A stretch of DNA of 64,000 nucleotides from a virus (taxonomy: Duplodnaviria > Caudoviricetes): the IMG/VR virus record IMGVR_UViG_3300032007_001727; one strand, given 5' to 3'. The position numbers and the translations under genes were made by a program. Under the pieces are notes generated by a model. It was not told the DNA's origin, did no database searches, and saw only the letters and a list, made by a program, of their open reading frames with translations. Shown piece by piece: positions 1-10,041 of the stretch. Position 1 is the first letter of the stretch; every line of letters starts with the position of its first letter.

Positions 1-2
1 TG

Positions 3-992
3 AATTGGCACACAAAGGGACTTGTAACTTGTCCAAAACACGGTGATTTCTTGGTTACGCCACTTAATCATATTTCAAATAGAAGCGGATGCCCAAAATG
101 CGCCCACCAAGTGTCAAAGTGGGAGAAAGATGTTGGTGATTTTATCTCATCCTTAGGAATTGAAGTTGAGCATTCCAATAGAAGTATCCTAGGTGGTAAG
201 GAAATTGACATTTTTCTGCCACAATATAATATTGGTATTGAGTGTGATGGTTTAAGGTGGCACAATGAGTTATACACGAAGAAAAACTATCATTTGGACA
301 AGACAAACGATTGTGCGGAAAAAGGAGTCAGACTAATTCATATTTTTGAAGATGAATGGAAGGACAAGGATTTTATTTGGAAATCAATGCTAAGGAATAT
401 CTTTGGTATGGTAACAAATAGGGTTTATGCTAGGAAATGTCAGATTATGGAGGTATCAGCAAAGGATACTAGGGATTTCTTGGAAGGGAACCACATTCAA
501 GGCTATGCAAACTCAAAATTCAACTATGGCCTATATTATGAGAATGAGTTGGTTTCAATAATGACTTTTGGTATTCCTAGAATTAACCTAGGTGGTAAAA
601 AAGAACTTGGACACTATGAGTTGGTTAGGTTCTGTAATAGAATAAATACAAATGTGATTGGAGGGGCAAGTAAATTATTTTCTCATTTCGTAAAACTTAA
701 CAATCCGGATGAAATTGTATCATACAGTGACAAGAGGTGGTCGCTTGGAAACTTGTATCAGACCTTAGGTTTTGAAAACACGCACGATTCAAAGCCGAAT
801 TACTTCTATGTTTATAACTTTAAAAGGATGAATAGGTTCAGATTCCGCAAGTCATTGTTGATAAAGGAAGGTTTTGACGGTAACAAGACAGAACATGACA
901 TAATGCTAGAGAGAGGAATATTCCGGATATATGATTGCGGAACCAAAGTTTGGAAATGGAAAAATATTCCAAGCGAACTGAAGGCAAATTAA
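3..992 (+). CDS. Hef-like homing endonuclease (Zn-ribbon repeat + PD-(D/E)XK/Vsr-like domain + C-terminal GNAT/Mom-like domain), 5'-partial
   Basis: Frame is open from the window edge (..VTCPKHGDFLVTPLNH..GCPKC). Contains EIDIFLP..IGIECDGLRWH, LIHIFEDEW and YELVRFC..GGASKL..SYSDKRWS..IYDCG motifs. Confidence 0.75.
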   Translation, partial: NWHTKGLVTCPKHGDFLVTPLNHISNRSGCPKCAHQVSKWEKDVGDFISSLGIEVEHSNRSILGGKEIDIFLPQYNIGIECDGLRWHNELYTKKNYHLDKTNDCAEKGVRLIHIFEDEWKDKDFIWKSMLRNIFGMVTNRVYARKCQIMEVSAKDTRDFLEGNHIQGYANSKFNYGLYYENELVSIMTFGIPRINLGGKKELGHYELVRFCNRINTNVIGGASKLFSHFVKLNNPDEIVSYSDKRWSLGNLYQTLGFENTHDSKPNYFYVYNFKRMNRFRFRKSLLIKEGFDGNKTEHDIMLERGIFRIYDCGTKVWKWKNIPSELKAN

Positions 993-1039
993 CACTTTCA
1001 AGATATTTATAGATAATAAATTTTTTTTGAAGAGTTAAT

Positions 1040-3589
1040 ATGTCAAGTTTACTTAGAGAAATATTAGAACGGATTGAGTTTGAGCGGTTAATCGAGGAAG
1101 GAAGGGACCCCGTAGAATTGCTTCATCATAAATTTCAAGATATTCCTAGTGACGTAATAGATAAGGTTATTGAAATTGACCCCACCAACAAGAAGAGTTA
1201 TTCACAGTGGCTTCTAAGCAAGTGGGATGATGAGAAGAATGTAATTTTAGACAATTTGGATAACGGTAGAATTGAGAAATTGTTTCAATACTATAAAAAC
1301 CGAAATGACATTCAGTTAAAGGACTGTCCTTCCGTGAAGATTGGGTTGGATACCTATATTCCGGAAGAAAATACCGTATTGGTAAAGAGTGACAAGGAAA
1401 CGACTGTTTTGATGAACAAGGGAATGGGTTGGACTGAGAGTGTTCCGTCGGAATTGGCAAACGACTTTGATGTTGTGTTCAATGAAGACAATTGGGTGAT
1501 AGCAGTTCCGCATACGTATGAAGCCGACTGCAAACTCGGTGAAAATACAAAGTGGTGCACCGCCGGAGGCAGAAGCGACTTCAGAGGCGGAAGAAGGTAT
1601 TATGACCATTATTTGGAAGATGACGGTGGCAGGTATTATGTGAATTTTGACATGGGGCAAGGTGAGACAAGATACGGCAAGGATTATCCGTTTACACGCT
1701 ATCAGTTCCATTTTGAAAGTAATCAGTTCATGGATTCAAACGATGACTCGGTCTCGCTCAGTGATATTGGAATGCCGGAAAGTGCAAAGGATTTTTACAT
1801 CAATGAAGGTTATTCCGAAGAGGACTTTGAGGATGAGGGAGCGAAATTCGAGCGATATGAGGAGCAGAGGGGTGATATTTCATATTTTTTAGCATACGGG
1901 TACTATCCGTTATATTTGTGCATTGAATATGATAATGATTATGAGTATCATGAGCCGGATGAAGACACGCCGTTTTTCTTATTCGGTGAGGATTCAAGAG
2001 ACCCAATATTGTATGAGGAAATATTGAATCCATGGGCACATGAAGATGCTGTTATATTAAAGAGTGAGAATATTTGTATCCTTAAAACGGCACATTTTGA
2101 CAAGTATGTTGTAGCGGTGAATAAGCACCCTTGGTGGGCTTGCGCCTTAAGCAACTATTTGGTGTTGCCTCAAAATATGGGTGTCATAGGGGTTGAGGGT
2201 TCTAATTATGCATTCATTTCTATGGGTGACTATACTTTATTTAAGCATCTTAATATTGGAACTTGTGAGAAGATATTTGTGAATGAGAATTGCACCAATG
2301 CCTATGGCGCTAAAAATAAGGTATTATTTGTTGAAGCCGTTGCGGACGGTTATCACACCCTTTTTATGGTGAGCAATGACAGTAGTGAGTGTGAGATTCT
2401 TATTAAGAAGGATATTCCGGTGAACGGAAACTCCTTTGAAATTAATGAAAAGGGTATGATTGATGGAAAGATACGCTCATATAGGGTATATTCGGATGAA
2501 GACTATGACGATGAATATGATGAGTGGAATTTTGAAACCGAACTGACCAATGGTGACTACCTTATTTCATATGACGATAAGTTTTATAACGTGTTAAAGC
2601 CAAAGACAAAGAAACTGTTGTCCCAAGAATGGTTTAATGGGTATATTTCTCAGAGTGGATATTTATATTGCTTCAAGAAAGGTGAGAAATTGGTGCTGAT
2701 AAACAAGGAAACCGGTGAACAAATTGGCGGCGAATATAAAAATTGTGTTGGTTTTGATGCGGAGCATGACATTGTTTTGGGTTATATGAATGACTATGAC
2801 TACGGGGCACTTGACATGATAGATGGACGCAAGAGTGCGGTTATAGGTACGTTCCACGAAATTATCAGCAGAAAGGCCAATAATAAGGTAATCGTATCCG
2901 ATGTTGAGACTTATACCACTAGGATATTTGACTATGTTGAGTGTAAATACTGTTTTCCGGAGTTAGGCGACTTTAGGAAAGTGTACGACTATCAGACAGT
3001 GCCACTGTTTTCTTGCCGTGTGTTAGATACAAATGAGTTGGTATTGTTTGACTTGAATCAGATGAAGATAGTTGCTAGTGAGTTAGAAAAGGTACAAGCA
3101 TTTGACAAACGAGAAAAAAATTTCATTATTTTGACCAAAACAAACGGAAAGGTTAATGTGTATAATGCAATGACATCAAGTGAAATATTGCCGTATGATG
3201 CGGATGCGGTCATTGGTGTGTCTAGTAATTATAACATAGTGGTTTTTGAAGCAAACGGGAAATCATACCCCTATAATTATAAGGATAAGCGTGTGTTGAT
3301 TAATCCGAACGGCTTAGGTGTTTATTGCCAAATATATGATAATGGTAATATAATTTGTGAGAAAGGTGACTATACGATAGTATTTAAACCGAATGAGAAT
3401 GGTGAGTATAATTTGGAATATTGGTATAATTCTTCCCGGATGACGGAAAGAGGCAGAACGTTCGACCGTCAAACAACACCGCAGGAAGTCCTTGTGATGT
3501 ACAGCCTAATATATGGGCAACAAGAAAGTTTTATTAGTGATTTCAAGAAATATATGAACAGAATAAATGAAGTAAGGAAATTAAGATAA
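1040..3589 (+). CDS. 849-aa phage protein with N-terminal 'TKWCTA' domain and C-terminal beta-repeat region
   Basis: Long ORF with GATATTTAT upstream. Has DPT..KSYSQWL and WVIAVPHT..TKWCTA..YQFHFES motifs; the C-terminal half resembles degenerate WG-type repeats (LLSQEWFN). Confidence 0.6.
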   Translation: MSSLLREILERIEFERLIEEGRDPVELLHHKFQDIPSDVIDKVIEIDPTNKKSYSQWLLSKWDDEKNVILDNLDNGRIEKLFQYYKNRNDIQLKDCPSVKIGLDTYIPEENTVLVKSDKETTVLMNKGMGWTESVPSELANDFDVVFNEDNWVIAVPHTYEADCKLGENTKWCTAGGRSDFRGGRRYYDHYLEDDGGRYYVNFDMGQGETRYGKDYPFTRYQFHFESNQFMDSNDDSVSLSDIGMPESAKDFYINEGYSEEDFEDEGAKFERYEEQRGDISYFLAYGYYPLYLCIEYDNDYEYHEPDEDTPFFLFGEDSRDPILYEEILNPWAHEDAVILKSENICILKTAHFDKYVVAVNKHPWWACALSNYLVLPQNMGVIGVEGSNYAFISMGDYTLFKHLNIGTCEKIFVNENCTNAYGAKNKVLFVEAVADGYHTLFMVSNDSSECEILIKKDIPVNGNSFEINEKGMIDGKIRSYRVYSDEDYDDEYDEWNFETELTNGDYLISYDDKFYNVLKPKTKKLLSQEWFNGYISQSGYLYCFKKGEKLVLINKETGEQIGGEYKNCVGFDAEHDIVLGYMNDYDYGALDMIDGRKSAVIGTFHEIISRKANNKVIVSDVETYTTRIFDYVECKYCFPELGDFRKVYDYQTVPLFSCRVLDTNELVLFDLNQMKIVASELEKVQAFDKREKNFIILTKTNGKVNVYNAMTSSEILPYDADAVIGVSSNYNIVVFEANGKSYPYNYKDKRVLINPNGLGVYCQIYDNGNIICEKGDYTIVFKPNENGEYNLEYWYNSSRMTERGRTFDRQTTPQEVLVMYSLIYGQQESFISDFKKYMNRINEVRKLR

Positions 3590-3597
3590 TAAAATAA

Positions 3598-3625
3598 AAA
3601 ATGCAGTCAGAAATGGCTGCATTTT
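3598..3625. terminator. Bidirectional intrinsic terminator (ATGCAGTCA-GAAA-TGGCTGCAT family)
   Basis: Hairpin with A and T tails between convergent genes; near-identical copies at 18676 and 58887, a variant at 29673. Confidence 0.75.
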
Positions 3626-3630
3626 ATGAT

Positions 3631-4959
3631 TTACTCATCTTCGTTTTTTGACTTTTCTTTGTTGGCATCATCTTGTGGAAGTTCTCCACTTCTTTGTTTC
3701 AATACCTTGTCAGAATAATTGTTAAGCCTAGTTCTAGTATCCTTATTGCGCATTGTCTCAAGTTCACCTTTACTGTACCAATTGCTTTTATTTCCCAATG
3801 ACATCACTCGCTTCATTTCAGACGTTGTGAAAAGATTCTTAAGACCGTTTGCTGCGACAACACCGTGATACCTTACATATATGGTATACTGTTTCCCGGT
3901 TTTGTTTTGGTTGAAACATACACCACACCTATCACATGTGGATTCGTCACTCTTGCAAGGACACTTATAAAAGTATTCAATCCCACCGTTTTTAAGTTGC
4001 TTTTGACCCAATATGGGCTGTCCGTTTTTAACTTGGTCACCACCGGTCAAGTTATCATATGTCTCATCATCGACTGCCTTAAACTCTCTAGGCAAATCGC
4101 CTCTCTCGTTGCCGTTCCCGTGGTGTGAGTAGTTAATGGCAATATTATCTGAGGCTTTTGAGAAGTCAAGGTTCCTAGCAGTATAGGCATGTGAGTTTAT
4201 TTGATACTTCATTTTCATCTTTTTGGCGAATTTTGACCACAAGTCAACAGCCAACTGACAATGGAAATCACCACTCTCGTTGAGTCTTATTTCAGTTATC
4301 TTGTTCTCGGAACACTGTACCCTCAGCAATCTTTTCTGTTCATCCGTCATCTTACCACCCAACTTATAATTCCACTTTTCCAACTCTTGTCTATACAAGT
4401 TCTCAGAATAGGCATTTCCAAGTTGTATGTACATTTCAAGCAACCTAAAGAAGTCTTTATATGGTTTTTTGTTTCCGTGTTGATACTGCTGAAGCATTTG
4501 AGTGTGTACCAAGTCTCGTTTGAAGTTATTGTTCAATACTGAACCTTGGTCAATTCTTGAATATTGGTTTTCATCCTTCATTGCATAGCAAGCACCGTTT
4601 GTTATCTTGCATAGCCCAAGAAAATAGGATGGACACATTAAGGCCGAGGACATATTGACAATAAGAACATTTGCCGGAAGTTTCTTGTTTCCGGCAGAGA
4701 ACATGTTTTTAGGTATCTGCATAAAATCACCCTTTGGTTTTAACTTGTTCATCTGTTTTTGCTTTTCACGGGTCATATCATATATTTTTTCGGATAATTC
4801 GCCGAACACCTCTTGATATAACTCCCTCTGCTTTTTGTCAATTGCCTTCCAAATAGCCTTCATGTTCGTACCATTTGTATTTCCCCTTTTTAGGGCAACA
4901 TTTTCGGCTTCAGCCAATATTAAAGCATTATATTGTTTATTTGTGATGCTGATTCTCAT
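3631..4959 (-). CDS. GP88-like Cys-rich protein (radical-SAM-related phage family)
   Basis: GNKKL..CPS..GLC..ACYA, IRLNESGDF, YTAR and C-terminal CPC..CDRCGVC motifs. Confidence 0.6.
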   Translation of the reverse strand: MRISITNKQYNALILAEAENVALKRGNTNGTNMKAIWKAIDKKQRELYQEVFGELSEKIYDMTREKQKQMNKLKPKGDFMQIPKNMFSAGNKKLPANVLIVNMSSALMCPSYFLGLCKITNGACYAMKDENQYSRIDQGSVLNNNFKRDLVHTQMLQQYQHGNKKPYKDFFRLLEMYIQLGNAYSENLYRQELEKWNYKLGGKMTDEQKRLLRVQCSENKITEIRLNESGDFHCQLAVDLWSKFAKKMKMKYQINSHAYTARNLDFSKASDNIAINYSHHGNGNERGDLPREFKAVDDETYDNLTGGDQVKNGQPILGQKQLKNGGIEYFYKCPCKSDESTCDRCGVCFNQNKTGKQYTIYVRYHGVVAANGLKNLFTTSEMKRVMSLGNKSNWYSKGELETMRNKDTRTRLNNYSDKVLKQRSGELPQDDANKEKSKNEDE

Positions 4960-5019
4960 GATAAAAAAAGACCTTTTTACAATAAATACAAATATTTTTG
5001 CATTTTTTCTTAAAATTAT

Positions 5020-5050
5020 TTTGTTATTTCAAATTTTTTTTGTACCTTTG
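5020..5050 (+). promoter_or_regulatory. Bacteroidota-type housekeeping promoter (-33 TTTG / -7 TACCTTTG)
   Basis: TTTG at 5020-5023, 19-nt spacer, TACCTTTG at 5043-5050, just upstream of ORF 5080. Confidence 0.7.
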
Positions 5051-5079
5051 CATTGTAAATCAATTAAAAACATTAAGAT

Positions 5080-5856
5080 ATGCTCACAAAGAAGGAAATA
5101 AGAGAGGAAATGGTAAGTGCATTTGCATTATACAAACACAAGGTTGAGGAACTAAAGGTCGGTAACGGGTATTACCTTTTCAACCTAGGTGACGAGAGTG
5201 TGATACACTTCAGACTAAAGGGGTGTAAGAAATGGCTCTTTGGACTATGGATTCTAAATGATGAAAAGGAAAACAAAACAACATTAAGACTCTTTGGCGA
5301 GCATGAGGACTATATCGACAAGTTTAAGCCAACTGCAACTGTATTGTCTGAGAGCGTTGAATTCAACAACGACTCAAGAAATGCCGACATCAAGGAGAAT
5401 ATTAAAGACTTGGTGTGGTCGTTGATTTATAACCAAGTGGACGTGATAAAGAGTTCCAATACCGTCGGAAAGTTGAAGTTTTATTACCACGGATTCAACC
5501 GTGGTCCCATTGCATGGCTGATTGAACAATGGTGGTCTTATAACTATAGCATCCCTTTCCGTAATTGGCTTAAGAGGAAGGGTAACAAGTATGTGTGCAT
5601 GCTAATATGCTTCATATTGAATATGATATATTGGAAAAGGCTAAAGGCATCTTATTCCAAGTTGAAGGACACATTCCACCCTTGCTATATTGTAAGGCTT
5701 GACTATAAGGAAGGTGTCGATGATGACCATATATATGAGGTGTATTATCATATACACGGAAATGTAGGCTTTGATAATGCCATACGGATTGAACACGTTC
5801 CGTTTGGCGAAAAAAGGGGAGTATGTTTTCGCAAAAAGGATGAAGATGATGAATAA
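5080..5856 (+). CDS. hypothetical protein
   Basis: 258-aa ORF downstream of a promoter motif. Confidence 0.7.
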   Translation: MLTKKEIREEMVSAFALYKHKVEELKVGNGYYLFNLGDESVIHFRLKGCKKWLFGLWILNDEKENKTTLRLFGEHEDYIDKFKPTATVLSESVEFNNDSRNADIKENIKDLVWSLIYNQVDVIKSSNTVGKLKFYYHGFNRGPIAWLIEQWWSYNYSIPFRNWLKRKGNKYVCMLICFILNMIYWKRLKASYSKLKDTFHPCYIVRLDYKEGVDDDHIYEVYYHIHGNVGFDNAIRIEHVPFGEKRGVCFRKKDEDDE

Positions 5857-5866
5857 TAGGACGTAT

Positions 5867-5948
5867 TTCACATCTTTTAAGAAAAAAACTTTTGTCAGTT
5901 CAATTTTTTTCGGTACATTTACACCGTAAACCAATTAAAATAGAATTA
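5867..5948 (+). repeat. ~80-bp promoter-containing repeat, copy 1
   Basis: Near-identical to 15354-15435 and partly to 58595-58668; contains TTTG-N19-TACATTTA. Confidence 0.75.
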
Positions 5949-5950
5949 TT

Positions 5951-6109
5951 ATGTTCGATTACATTTTTAACCTTAAGGGATTTATTGACGAAATGATTTC
6001 CTCAATCTACGAGAATGAGAACCTTCCAACCGAAATCAAGGATAGTTGGGGTGAACTGAGTTTTGTGGTGAATATTGAACACCTCCATGATGAGGTCGTG
6101 GCTTGTTAA
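5951..6109 (+). CDS. small hypothetical protein (52 aa)
   Basis: ATG right after the promoter repeat; MFDYIFNLKG...VVAC*. Below the ORF-track cutoff. Confidence 0.5.
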   Translation: MFDYIFNLKGFIDEMISSIYENENLPTEIKDSWGELSFVVNIEHLHDEVVAC

Positions 6110-6124
6110 AAAAAAGATATTGTC

Positions 6125-6382
6125 ATGAACAGAAACGAAGTTACAAATTTTGCAATATACAGCGCAGCATTGTTTGCTGCCGCTGCCAATAATCCCTATT
6201 TTGGTGTCGGTCAAAGACCTCAATATAAGCCTTCCATTAACAATCCGCAAGTTCAGAGAATGGCCGATTTCAATACACACCGCACCATTCTCCGTGAATT
6301 CTCCGTCCATGGCGTTAAGATAGAGGCAAGGTCAAAGAAGGACGCAATCAAGATTTATAATGCAACAAAGAGAAAGCAATGA
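6125..6382 (+). CDS. hypothetical protein
   Basis: 85-aa ORF whose stop overlaps the next start (ATGA). Confidence 0.65.
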   Translation: MNRNEVTNFAIYSAALFAAAANNPYFGVGQRPQYKPSINNPQVQRMADFNTHRTILREFSVHGVKIEARSKKDAIKIYNATKRKQ

Positions 6383-6807
6383 CACAAGAAGAAAAACAAC
6401 TACTGTTGAAAGACCTCTGTGCGAGGTTGCCTTATGATTGTAATGTTACTATTGCTGAGGGTGGAATTGATGGACTGCAATGGCATAATGTAACATTGAA
6501 TTCCTATTTGCTTTATCAGATTGAAGAAGAAGATGGTTTGGAATATATTAAACCCTATCTCCGTCCGATGTCAAGTATGACTGAGGAAGAAAGAGAAGAG
6601 TGGGCAGATTTATTTAATTTAGAATTAGATAAATTAAACGAAATTGATGATGAAAATGAAGCAGAAGAACTTGCTCCTTATTATTTTGGAAAATCACATC
6701 AAGTTTCTATTGATTGGCTCAATGAACATTACTTCGATTATCGCGGACTTATTGAATTAGGTCTTGCATTAGAAGCACCCAAAGAAATGTATGAAATACA
6801 GAATTAG
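6379..6807 (+). CDS. Family A modular protein (DLCARLPY / PYLRPMSSMTEEE / DWLN..FD.RGLIE.GLALEAPK)
   Basis: Three conserved blocks shared with 7125, 8714 and 10333. Confidence 0.8.
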   Translation: MTQEEKQLLLKDLCARLPYDCNVTIAEGGIDGLQWHNVTLNSYLLYQIEEEDGLEYIKPYLRPMSSMTEEEREEWADLFNLELDKLNEIDDENEAEELAPYYFGKSHQVSIDWLNEHYFDYRGLIELGLALEAPKEMYEIQN

Positions 6808-6952
6808 GCGAGCAAAATATAAGGACGGAACAAGAACTCCTTGGTGGACAATAATAGTCTACAAAAATGGAAGACCTTTCGATGAATCAGATACACAATA
6901 TTCATCCTTTTGGACAATATTTAAAATTTGGTTAAAAGCAACATTATTATGA
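6791..6952 (+). CDS. small hypothetical protein (53 aa)
   Basis: MKYRIRRAKYKDG... fills the gap between genes; stop overlaps the ATG at 6949. Confidence 0.45.
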   Translation: MKYRIRRAKYKDGTRTPWWTIIVYKNGRPFDESDTQYSSFWTIFKIWLKATLL

Positions 6953-7128
6953 TATACAAAGAAATAGAACGAAACAAAATAGGTTTTTATTTCGAAGGAA
7001 GAGAAGTATCTTGGAACGACTTGCCTCTTTCGGTAAGGAAACACGATTATCCGTATTATTTTGATAAAGATGGAAATGATTGCTATCCGAATGTACAAGA
7101 CCCTAGATTAATTTATAATGTAAAATGA
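6949..7128 (+). CDS. hypothetical protein
   Basis: ATG at 6949 is in frame with track ORF 6928..7128 and coupled to both neighbours. Confidence 0.55.
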   Translation: MIYKEIERNKIGFYFEGREVSWNDLPLSVRKHDYPYYFDKDGNDCYPNVQDPRLIYNVK

Positions 7129-7533
7129 CACAAAAAGAAAAAATCCCTATTACTCCAAGACCTTTGTGCAAGGTTGCCTTATGGAGTAAAAATCAGAATT
7201 AGAAACGATTATGTTAGGTTTCAAATCGAAGAACATGAACTTTGTGCTGAACACCTTGCTAATGTTTCTTATAATATAGAGAATTTAAGTATGCGGCCTT
7301 ACCTTCGTCCGATGTCAAGTATGACGGAGGAAGAGAAAAGGGAAATTTACGATTGGCTTGTAGAAAATGATATTGATTGGTTTGATTTTAGCCAACTCAG
7401 ACTTGATGAAATACTAATATCATTTGATAGTTCTTGGTTGCTTGTAGATTGGCTCAACAAGCATCAGTTTGACTTTCGTGGACTTATAGAGAAGGGACTT
7501 GCTCTTGAAGCACCAAAGGATATGTATAACTAA
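7125..7533 (+). pseudogene. Family A gene with +1 frameshift in an A6 run near the start
   Basis: ATG ACA CAA AAA GAA AAA [A] TCC CTA TTA CTC CAA GAC CTT TGT. Removing one A at 7138-7143 restores MTQKEKSLLLQDLCARLPY in frame with track ORF 7174..7533. Confidence 0.7.
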
Positions 7534-7546
7534 AGGAAGAATAACC

Positions 7547-7624
7547 ACGACACAAGAAGAAAAAGAATCGTTGTTAAGCCTTCTTTCAAGATTAAATGAA
7601 GACAGCCATTATGAGATAGACTAG
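7547..7624 (+). pseudogene. Degenerate Family A N-terminal remnant (ATG->ACG)
   Basis: ACG ACA CAA GAA GAA AAA GAA TCG TTG TTA resembles the MTQEEKQLLL starts, then stops early. Confidence 0.45.
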
Positions 7625-7645
7625 ATGTTTTTTTGACTATGAATT

Positions 7646-7930
7646 ATGTGTGAAAATAAAACGATAAAAGGAGAAATAACTATGGATAAAAATACGTTAA
7701 AATGGATTGATGTTAAAGAACAACTTCCAATTATTGACGATGAACATGAAGAGGGTGAAGTGCCATATCTAGGTATATACTGTGAACTTGAAGATTATGA
7801 TGAAGAGGATGAAGATTTCCCTTTTATGGATATAGTCTACTTCTATGGCAAAGGATGGAAAAATTCTAGATGGGAAAAAATATATGTCAAATATTGGTTA
7901 GAAATACCAGAAGCCCCAAAAAAACGATGA
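7646..7930 (+). CDS. DUF551-like protein
   Basis: WIDVKEQLP ... VKYWLEIPEAPK pattern. Confidence 0.6.
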   Translation: MCENKTIKGEITMDKNTLKWIDVKEQLPIIDDEHEEGEVPYLGIYCELEDYDEEDEDFPFMDIVYFYGKGWKNSRWEKIYVKYWLEIPEAPKKR

Positions 7931-8310
7931 AAAGTTATACAGATATTGAACAAAGCAAAAAGTTGGCAGAAATACTGCCACTTGAAACCGCTGATATGTT
8001 TTATGACGGTGTTCAAGACTTATATAAGGAAAAGGTATATAACATTCCAATAAACGGCAGTTCTATTGCTGTTAGAACTGGACACAGCATCACAAAGAAA
8101 GCAATTAAAGCAAATCTTCTCTTGCCTTGTTGGAGCCTTGCTGCATTGCTTGGTGTTTTGTATGATGCTCACTTGAAGAAATACGTTTATGGCGGTATTA
8201 CAAAATATTATGTAACGCTACTTGGAAATAGGCAATATAATTCAATGCATCACGATAATCCAATTGACGCTTGTTACGAAGCGATAATGAAGTTACAAGA
8301 ATTAAATTAG
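7927..8310 (+). CDS. Family B modular protein (KSYTDIEQSKKLAEILP / PCWSLAALL / NPIDAC)
   Basis: Conserved blocks shared with 8313, 9121 and 10829; start reassigned to ATG 7927. Confidence 0.8.
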   Translation: MKSYTDIEQSKKLAEILPLETADMFYDGVQDLYKEKVYNIPINGSSIAVRTGHSITKKAIKANLLLPCWSLAALLGVLYDAHLKKYVYGGITKYYVTLLGNRQYNSMHHDNPIDACYEAIMKLQELN

Positions 8311-8312
8311 TT

Positions 8313-8711
8313 ATGAAAGCATACACTGACATAGGACAATCCAAAAAGTTGGCAGAAATACTGCCAATTGAAAGTGCTGATATGTATAGAGTATTTGAGA
8401 ATAATGCAGAAACTCGTGTCTATCATGGTAAAATACCAACTGCATATTTTATTTGCAAACCTTGTTGGAGTCTTGCTGCGTTGCTTGATAGATTAAAAAT
8501 CTTTACTACACCAACAGCATTTTCAGTTAAAGTATGTGTGCCCTTGTTAAGAAAGACTAACAAAGGTTATTCTTTAACATATGCTGGAGATTATGCACTT
8601 ATGGTTAATAATGGCGCAGACATTGTTGCTCCAATTGAAATAGTAGCAGAAAATCCCATTGATGTTTGTGTAGAAATGATATTAAAATTACATGAACTTA
8701 AAATGTTGTGA
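8313..8711 (+). CDS. Family B modular protein
   Basis: MKAYTDIGQSKKLAEILP..PCWSLAALL..NPIDVC; start at ATG 8313. Confidence 0.8.
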   Translation: MKAYTDIGQSKKLAEILPIESADMYRVFENNAETRVYHGKIPTAYFICKPCWSLAALLDRLKIFTTPTAFSVKVCVPLLRKTNKGYSLTYAGDYALMVNNGADIVAPIEIVAENPIDVCVEMILKLHELKML

Positions 8712-8713
8712 TT

Positions 8714-9094
8714 ATGAAAAAATTATCAATAGAAGAAAAGCAACTACTGTTCAAAGACCTTTGTGCAAGGTTGCCTTATCACGTAAAGGTAAAGGTATGG
8801 CTTAAAGATGAGACAACAGAAGAAGGTGCATTGGATTTGGAACATAATTATGGGGATGTACTGCAAGATGCTTTTTATTTCGGTAAAATAAAAGACATTA
8901 AGCCATATCTTCGTCCAATGTCAAGTATGACTGAGGAAGAGAAGATTGAATATAAGCACCTTATTGCATTTAGTGGTAATCCAATTGGGTCAGCAGATTT
9001 TATTGATTGGCTCAATGCACATCACTTTGACTTTCGTGGACTAATTGAGAAAGAGTTTGCATTAGAAGCACCAAAGGATATATATAAATTATGA
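8714..9094 (+). CDS. Family A modular protein
   Basis: DLCARLPY..PYLRPMSSMTEEE..DWLNAHHFDFRGLIE. Confidence 0.8.
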   Translation: MKKLSIEEKQLLFKDLCARLPYHVKVKVWLKDETTEEGALDLEHNYGDVLQDAFYFGKIKDIKPYLRPMSSMTEEEKIEYKHLIAFSGNPIGSADFIDWLNAHHFDFRGLIEKEFALEAPKDIYKL

Positions 9095-9120
9095 ATCTGA
9101 TAGTTGGTCGTTATTTAAAT

Positions 9121-9465
9121 ATGAAAAGTTATACAGATATTGAACAAAGCCGTAAGTTGGCAGAAATACTACCACTTGAAACTGCTGATATGGATTATAT
9201 TCCAATATGTAATTTAGAAGGAGAATATTCTATAAATGTTAATATTTGGAATAACGACCATCTTATAGACGAAGGCTGGATTCCTTGTTGGAGTCTTGCA
9301 GCGTTGCTTAATGTTTTACCGGATGATTGCGGTACAGAGAAAGAAGACGGAAAATATGTTGCATCTTATATTATATCAAACGAATGCGGCGCTTACACTA
9401 AGGATAATCCCATTGATGCTTGTGTGGAAATGATAATTGGACTTAAAGAACAAAACTTATTATAA
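9121..9465 (+). CDS. Family B modular protein
   Basis: MKSYTDIEQSRKLAEILPLETADM..PCWSLAALL..DNPIDAC. Confidence 0.8.
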   Translation: MKSYTDIEQSRKLAEILPLETADMDYIPICNLEGEYSINVNIWNNDHLIDEGWIPCWSLAALLNVLPDDCGTEKEDGKYVASYIISNECGAYTKDNPIDACVEMIIGLKEQNLL

Positions 9466-9467
9466 TT

Positions 9468-10025
9468 ATGGGTTGCGATATACATTTAAGGGTTGAACAA
9501 AGAAAGAAAGTAAATCCTTATCCAAATGACAGACATGAATGGTATCATGTAGGATTCTATGGCGAATTTAGTTGCCGAATCTATGGTATGTTTGCACGAA
9601 TGGCAGGTGTAAGAGATTATGGCAATGATTGCAAAGTCAAATTTGAGCCACGAGGTCTCCCTAAGGATATAACAGATTGGGCTACACGTGAAACTTTCTT
9701 TATGAATGTCACAGACAATAAGGAAGCGGCAGCATGGCTTAGAAGCCATTGTCTCAAGGAAGATGCAGAAAGATGGGTAAAGGAGGGTTATTCAGAATGG
9801 GTTGATGAAAACCACAGAAAAGTAACACACCCCGACCTACATTCGCATTCTTGGCTTACAACACAAGAATTAAGGCAATGCTTTGATGATTGTTTCAAAG
9901 AGGAAGATGGCACATACAAACCATATGGTGATTATGTTAGATGGCTTGGATTAGTGTCATTATGCGAAGGCATTGAATCTGACGGAATACATGAATGTAG
10001 AGTAGTATTTGCATTTGATAACTAA
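9468..10025 (+). CDS. conserved phage hypothetical protein (MGCDIH family)
   Basis: MGCDIH start, F..MAGVR, PRGLP.D, HSHSWLT and RVVFAFDN end. Confidence 0.75.
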   Translation: MGCDIHLRVEQRKKVNPYPNDRHEWYHVGFYGEFSCRIYGMFARMAGVRDYGNDCKVKFEPRGLPKDITDWATRETFFMNVTDNKEAAAWLRSHCLKEDAERWVKEGYSEWVDENHRKVTHPDLHSHSWLTTQELRQCFDDCFKEEDGTYKPYGDYVRWLGLVSLCEGIESDGIHECRVVFAFDN

Positions 10026-10041
10026 TTTATGTTTTACAATT

